NCBI GenBank assembly: GCA_041649575.1
Contig: JBAZMW010000001.1
Location: 90,001 to 122,000, forward strand
Reading direction: 5' to 3'
Source of the DNA: Patescibacteria group bacterium
GTDB taxonomy: Bacteria > Patescibacteriota > Patescibacteriia > 2-01-FULL-39-33
Length of the DNA: 32,000 bases
Each line of letters starts with the position of its first letter. Positions within the stretch are counted from its first letter, which is position 1. This document shows positions 27,539 to 32,000 of the stretch, piece by piece. The position numbers and the translations under genes were made by a program. The notes under the pieces were generated by a model that was not told where the DNA came from, did not search any database, and worked only from the letters and a program-made list of their open reading frames with translations.

Positions 27539-27575
27539 AAAAAAACGAGGGCGGAGAAAACAAGTTCCCCGCCCT
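27539..27575 (-). terminator. Rho-independent terminator of the antiporter gene
   Basis: On the minus strand: AGGGCGGGGA-acttgttt-TCTCCGCCCT with one mismatch, followed by CGTTTTTTT. Confidence 0.55.
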
Positions 27576-27596
27576 ATAAAACGACTCGGTCGCGTT

Positions 27597-29348
27597 CTAG
27601 ACCTCTGCCTTCAGCGCGCCGTGATGGGCTACCCCCTTCTTACGCAGCTCTCCACCCGTTCCCTCCAGTAGGATGGTCAGGTTTGCCCCCTCTTCTCCCT
27701 GACCGCAGAGCAACTGGCTGGCCGCCAGCATGTAGGTGACGAGCACGTAGTGAGCACCCATCTCATACAGCTCCATAGCTTTCTTCCTGGAGTCCACAAT
27801 CCCGATAAAGTTGACCTCGGGGTTCTGCTCCTTGACGTGTCTTAGAAGCAACTCCGTGTCTCTCATGTCGGGAATGGATGAGAACACGGTTTGGATTTTG
27901 GACCAGTCTATAAGAGCCAGCACCTCATGACTCGAGGTGTCCCCAAAGATGCAGGGCACCTTGTCTCGTTCCAGTTGAGCAATGACGTCGGGGTTGTGAT
28001 CTATAACCACATATTTCTTCCCGAGCTTACGTAACGCTCGTTCCAGGATTCGGCCCAGCCGGTCGTGTCCCACCAGAACCACTTCGAACCCGTCTCGTGT
28101 CGCTATCTCCGTGCCATCTTGCAGCTGCTTCCTGGAGGTCAGACGATCCAGCCATTTCAGTCTGTCGCCCAGCAGCCGATAGAGCGACTGGCTGTATTTC
28201 ATGGAGTACGACGATAGGGCAATAGACACGACCGTGATGATAATGATCGGCGACAGCAGCGACGGGCTGAGGTGGCCCAGGGCAATGCCTTGAGCTATCA
28301 GGATGAGACTGAACTCGGACAATTGGCCGACTGCCAGGCCTACACTGAAAGAGGTAGACCGGCGATAGCCAAACAGCCCCACAATAACCATCGTCATTAT
28401 CGGCTTGATCACCATGGCGATCACCGAGAAGACAACAATTAGCAGCCAGTACTGCGAGAGGGTGCTGTAGAATGTCAGGACCTTCAACTGGTCGACCGTT
28501 TCAGTAAACAGCGACTCCGGAGCCAACTGCAGTCCCAAAGAGGCAAAGAACAGCACCGTGAAGAAGCTTTTCAGTGCCTCCAGGTCGCCGATGATCTCAT
28601 AGCGATAACAGAGACGCGCGATAGCCAGCCCCGCCAGAAAAGAGCCGATGCCCATGGACAACTTCTGATGCTGGGCGTAGAACGCCGTGATAAACAGGAT
28701 GCCCATGGTCACCACAAACAGCACTTCTCTTTCCTTGGCCACATACTTGAAGACCTTTGGGAAGACAAACCGCCCGCAGACGAAGACGATTATCAGTATC
28801 AGACCGGCGGCCAGCGTCAGCGTCGAGAGCAGGATGTCCGGCGAGAAGTCATTGATGGTGGTCAGGATGGAGAGGGCAAAAATCGCCATCACGTCCTGCA
28901 TGACCAGAATGCCAATGACGATCTTGCCGTAGAGGGAGTCCAGGTCATACTTCTCTCCCAAGACCTTGACGACCAGCATGGTGGAGGAAAAGGCCGAGAT
29001 CAGCCCGAAATAGACGGCCGTGACATTGCTAAGCCCGAAGAGCTTGCCGGCGCCAAAGCCCAAGGCAAGGGTTGTGGCTACCTGCAGAGCTCCGCCCAAC
29101 ATCGCCACCGCACCCACTTTCTTGAGCCGTTCCAGGTCCATCTCGATACCGATAATGAACAACATCACCACGATCGCCACCTCGGAGAGTTCTGCGATGG
29201 CTTCGGGATGGTTGATCAGGTTGATCCCGAGAGGCCCCAGGACAACTCCCACCAGTACATAAGCGGGAATCATGGGCTGCCTCAAGGCCTTGAATACTAG
29301 CCCGGCGATCCCGGCGAGCACGAAAATCGCTCCGATTTGCGCTATCAT
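27597..29348 (-). CDS. CPA2-family cation:proton antiporter with C-terminal RCK/TrkA-N domain (Kef-type)
   Basis: It has an N-terminal Na+/H+ exchanger-type polytopic domain (LGPLGINLI...EVAIVVMLFIIGIEMDL). The C-terminal domain is Rossmann-like (FEVVLVGHDRLGRILERALRKLGKKYVVIDHNPD). A strong SD (AAGGAGAAG) lies upstream. The gene looks more GC-rich than its surroundings. Confidence 0.9.
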   Translation of the reverse strand: MIAQIGAIFVLAGIAGLVFKALRQPMIPAYVLVGVVLGPLGINLINHPEAIAELSEVAIVVMLFIIGIEMDLERLKKVGAVAMLGGALQVATTLALGFGAGKLFGLSNVTAVYFGLISAFSSTMLVVKVLGEKYDLDSLYGKIVIGILVMQDVMAIFALSILTTINDFSPDILLSTLTLAAGLILIIVFVCGRFVFPKVFKYVAKEREVLFVVTMGILFITAFYAQHQKLSMGIGSFLAGLAIARLCYRYEIIGDLEALKSFFTVLFFASLGLQLAPESLFTETVDQLKVLTFYSTLSQYWLLIVVFSVIAMVIKPIMTMVIVGLFGYRRSTSFSVGLAVGQLSEFSLILIAQGIALGHLSPSLLSPIIIITVVSIALSSYSMKYSQSLYRLLGDRLKWLDRLTSRKQLQDGTEIATRDGFEVVLVGHDRLGRILERALRKLGKKYVVIDHNPDVIAQLERDKVPCIFGDTSSHEVLALIDWSKIQTVFSSIPDMRDTELLLRHVKEQNPEVNFIGIVDSRKKAMELYEMGAHYVLVTYMLAASQLLCGQGEEGANLTILLEGTGGELRKKGVAHHGALKAEV

Positions 29349-29540
29349 TAGTCTTCTCCTTTTGCAAAATTGAACGCGATTAAGACATCTTATTATGTGC
29401 GATGTTACCTTTACGGATAACTTTTTATTTTATAATAAAAATTGGGTTTTTGTCAATATAGAAGACATCATTGTTACTAGTAGGATTCTTTCATAATGTT
29501 TTATATATTTTTTGTTTTTTTATTTGTGGATAACCAGGTC

Positions 29541-29569
29541 TTGACTCTATGTAAAGTATACATTACAAT
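29541..29569 (+). promoter_or_regulatory. Sigma-70-type promoter for the DUF2178-like/XRE pair
   Basis: TTGACT (29541-29546), a 17-nt spacer, then TACAAT (29564-29569). Confidence 0.5.
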
Positions 29570-29596
29570 AAGTAATATAAGCTTAACTTTATCTAT

Positions 29597-29998
29597 ATGA
29601 ACTACAAACAATTCAAGAGAATAAAGGTGTTAATCGCTTCTTTTATTTCGGCTATGGTGGCGATAGCGGTGGTATTTAATAATATTATTTTGGCTTTAGC
29701 CGGAGTATTGATCGGATTACTTTTTCTTTTTTTGGTCAGAAGAAAAACCAAGGCGGTTTTGGTTGATGAAAGAATTCAAAATATCGGCGGTCGCGCTTCT
29801 CGCCTTACTTATGTGATTCTAACCATTACTGTCGCTTTTCTTTCTTTAGTTTTTATTCTGAGTGGCAGACGAATGGGCGAAGCGAATTACGAAACGCTAG
29901 GTATTATCTTAAGCTACATAACTTTATTTAGTCTGGCTCTGTATTCGCTCTCTTACAAATATTTCAGCAAAAAATATGGAGAAACTGACGACGAATAA
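29597..29998 (+). CDS. DUF2178-like integral membrane protein
   Basis: 133 aa with four hydrophobic segments. Its 3' end overlaps a small XRE regulator, a pairing I recall as typical for DUF2178 with a YozG-like HTH. Confidence 0.65.
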   Translation: MNYKQFKRIKVLIASFISAMVAIAVVFNNIILALAGVLIGLLFLFLVRRKTKAVLVDERIQNIGGRASRLTYVILTITVAFLSLVFILSGRRMGEANYETLGIILSYITLFSLALYSLSYKYFSKKYGETDDE

Positions 29999-30182
29999 AA
30001 TCAAGGTTTATCGGGCGATGCGCAATATGACGCAGGAAGAGCTGGCCGAGGAGGTTGGCGTCACTCGCCAGACTATTATCGCGATTGAAAAAAATAAATA
30101 TGTGCCGTCCTTGGAGCTGGCTTTCAGGATTACCAGAGTTTTTAATGAGACAATAGAAAATGTTTTTCAGTATCAAAAATAA
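29976..30182 (+). CDS. XRE-family HTH transcriptional regulator (short, YozG-like)
   Basis: 68 aa with the sequence [49 protein letters not shown]. Confidence 0.88.
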   Translation: MEKLTTNKIKVYRAMRNMTQEELAEEVGVTRQTIIAIEKNKYVPSLELAFRITRVFNETIENVFQYQK

Positions 30183-30199
30183 AAATTTAAATTAAAATC

Positions 30200-30610
30200 A
30201 TGGGCATTCTTAAAAAAATTGATAAAAATTTGATTGGCTATATTATTGGTGTTGGAATTCTTCTTTTTCTTTTTATTTTTTTTATCACTTGCACGCAAAT
30301 CGGCCATGACGTAAAAAAGCGCTGCGAGCTGGCTCAAAGCAGATATGGAGGCGAGTGCGTCGAGGCTTTAATGAGCCAGGTTGCCGACAGCTCCAGTCTA
30401 TATGGGAAAAACAGTGCCATTTGGGCGTTGGGACAGCTGGGCGATAAAAAAGCGCTGCCATTTCTGGAAAGATATGACACACGAGAGCCGTTGCCTGATC
30501 GTGGAATTCGCGGAGAATGGAACAAGGGAATCAGCCAGTATGAACTGCGCAAAGCCATCAAGCTTTTAAAGAGCGGATTCAATCTCTCGGCTTTTGTCTG
30601 GCGTGATTAA
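30200..30610 (+). CDS. Membrane-anchored HEAT-repeat-like protein
   Basis: It has an N-terminal TM helix. SAIWALGQLGDKKALPFLERY matches the HEAT/PBS-lyase-type repeat consensus. Confidence 0.6.
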   Translation: MGILKKIDKNLIGYIIGVGILLFLFIFFITCTQIGHDVKKRCELAQSRYGGECVEALMSQVADSSSLYGKNSAIWALGQLGDKKALPFLERYDTREPLPDRGIRGEWNKGISQYELRKAIKLLKSGFNLSAFVWRD

Positions 30611-30679
30611 TAACCGTAAGGGAAGTTGGCCGGCTGGTGTATTTATGGCCGCTGGTTTTATAGAAGTTTCAATAAATTT

Positions 30680-31324
30680 ATGAAAAATAATTTACCTCCA
30701 AGAGAGTTTAGGATTTTAAAAAGGTTAAAAACTCCAGCTAAGATCCAAGATTTTTTAAATACCATAAAAATTAATTTTGAAGAGGACGGGGATACCTCTC
30801 TATCGCCCATGTCGGTGCTGGAAAGGGGCGTTTGCCATTGCGCCGAGGGAGCGATTTTGGCGGCGTTGGCTTTGCGCGTCAATGGCTACCCGCCGCTGGT
30901 GCTCGACCTCACCGCCAATAAAAACGATTTTGATCACGTGGTGGCTGTTTTTAAAAAAGACGGGAAGTGGGGAGCGATATCAAAAACCAATCACGCGGTT
31001 TTGAGGTATCGGGAACCGGTTTACGGTTCGATTCGGGAATTGGTCATGAGTTATTTTCACGAATATTTCGACGATCAAGGCCGGAAAAATTTAAGGAGTT
31101 TTTCCAGGCCGGTCAACCTCAAAAGATTCGACCGTCGTGGCTGGATGACAACCAAGGAGGAGGTCGATTATATTATTGAGTATCTGGCTGACGTCAAACA
31201 CTTTCCTATAATCAACAGAAAACAAATCAGAAACCTGAAGAAAGCCGACCCGATTGAGATAAAAGCGGGATTATTGGTGGATTGGAAAGAAAAAAATAAT
31301 CCCATGCCCGAAGGCAGGGATTAA
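30680..31324 (+). CDS. Transglutaminase-like (Cys-His-Asp fold) protein, function unknown
   Basis: I moved the start to the ATG at 30680. The candidate catalytic Cys lies in GVCHCAEGAILAALAL, followed about 40 aa later by DHVVAVFKKDGKWGAI. This spacing is typical of transglutaminase-core or papain-like folds. Confidence 0.6.
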   Translation: MKNNLPPREFRILKRLKTPAKIQDFLNTIKINFEEDGDTSLSPMSVLERGVCHCAEGAILAALALRVNGYPPLVLDLTANKNDFDHVVAVFKKDGKWGAISKTNHAVLRYREPVYGSIRELVMSYFHEYFDDQGRKNLRSFSRPVNLKRFDRRGWMTTKEEVDYIIEYLADVKHFPIINRKQIRNLKKADPIEIKAGLLVDWKEKNNPMPEGRD

Positions 31325-31363
31325 AGAGGGGACCATGGTGCAAGCGCGGGTCTGGCAGGCGAG

Positions 31364-31852
31364 CTACTTGGCCGCATCGGGAGGAGAGGCGGCCTCCGGA
31401 GGAGGACTGATGTCCAGGTGGCTATAGTGGATGATGCTGTCGGTCAACCAGAAGCCGGGCAAGAAGTCGGGACCGACATAACCTAATTTCACGGTCAGTG
31501 TTCGCGTTTCCTCGTCGACTTGGTAATCGCCGGCGCCTCTGACGATTATCTCCAGGCGTTGAGGCTGGGGATCTTCTGGCGGCAACGCGGTCCAGATTGT
31601 CAGCCAGGTCTTCGCCTGGACGGCGCCGGCAACGGATTTCAGAGCCAGTTTTGTCTCTCTTGCGGAGGGAGCGTAGTTGGGACCCAGTTTGCCGCACTCC
31701 TCGTCGGTCAGAGCCTCGCCCTTGACCATCTTCTCCCTTATGGGCTTGGTTTGATCGACAAGGAAAGTGCTCGCGGCCAACCAAGCAATTACAGCCAGGA
31801 ACATCACCACCACCAGCAGTTCGAGCAGTGTAATGCCACTCTTCTCGTTCAT
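31364..31852 (-). CDS. Orphan prepilin-type (type IV pilin/pseudopilin-like) protein, GC-rich
   Basis: The leader MNEKSG is followed by ITLLELLVVVMFLAVIAWL, with Glu at +5. The SD is CAGGAGAA. The C-terminus is Pro-rich. The coding sequence looks much more GC-rich than its neighbours. Confidence 0.8.
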   Translation of the reverse strand: MNEKSGITLLELLVVVMFLAVIAWLAASTFLVDQTKPIREKMVKGEALTDEECGKLGPNYAPSARETKLALKSVAGAVQAKTWLTIWTALPPEDPQPQRLEIIVRGAGDYQVDEETRTLTVKLGYVGPDFLPGFWLTDSIIHYSHLDISPPPEAASPPDAAK

Positions 31853-32000
31853 TAGAGTTCTCCTGTTGAAGGTTCGTTTTTGTGTGCTGGATTTAAGCTA
31901 TAATAAATAATCGAATTTGTCAAAGGATGGTTTTTTTAGTAAAATAAAAAGACCATTTATTTTATTAAAGCTTCTGGCATGACGGTCTTATTTTATTCAA

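Noticed and set aside
28668-29300. A 210-aa plus-strand ORF and several other ORFs (28687-28932, 29020-29262, 29029-29367) overlapping the antiporter gene.
   Set aside because: They are in antisense or alternative frames of a GC-rich gene. Their composition is highly biased (H/Q/D/R/G-rich) and no motifs are present. Long spurious ORFs are expected in GC-rich DNA.

Overview
The window reads as a chromosomal segment from a small-genome bacterium with low to moderate GC. The standard genetic code applies, since TGA terminates several well-supported genes. Gene content and pilin style suggest a Patescibacteria/CPR-like organism, but that is inference only.

- **1-10.06 kb, type IV pilus locus.** It contains a PilO-like gene, pilB, a CheY-like receiver, a PilT-like ATPase with degenerate catalytic motifs, pilC, a major pilin, pilD and four minor-pilin or PilX-like genes. 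No secretin is present.
- **10.06-21.4 kb, housekeeping genes.** These are ligA, gatC, gatA, an exported thioredoxin-like protein, tRNA-Ser(GGA), an RRM RNA-binding protein, an EamA transporter, a minimal MGMT, rubrerythrin, DedA, dnaG and rpoD.
- **21.4-26.7 kb, the most unusual region.** A roughly 4.96-kb island is inserted at the 3' end of tRNA-Asn(GTT).
  - It carries a large serine recombinase and a tightly coupled 5-gene operon: XRE regulator, ABC/AAA_15-like ATPase, Nif3-insert-like protein, CDA-fold deaminase and a DUF5680-like protein.
  - It has three copies of an 8-bp core, GGAGCCAA.
  - Two long, near-perfect inverted-repeat pairs (151 bp and 211 bp) abut at an internal, inverted attP-like site.
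- **26.7-32 kb, accessory genes.** These are TspO, a visibly GC-rich Kef-type antiporter, a DUF2178-like/XRE pair, a HEAT-repeat protein, a transglutaminase-like protein and a GC-rich orphan pilin-like gene.

I saw no rRNA genes and no CRISPR array. All homology calls come from motif recognition by eye, because no searches could be run.
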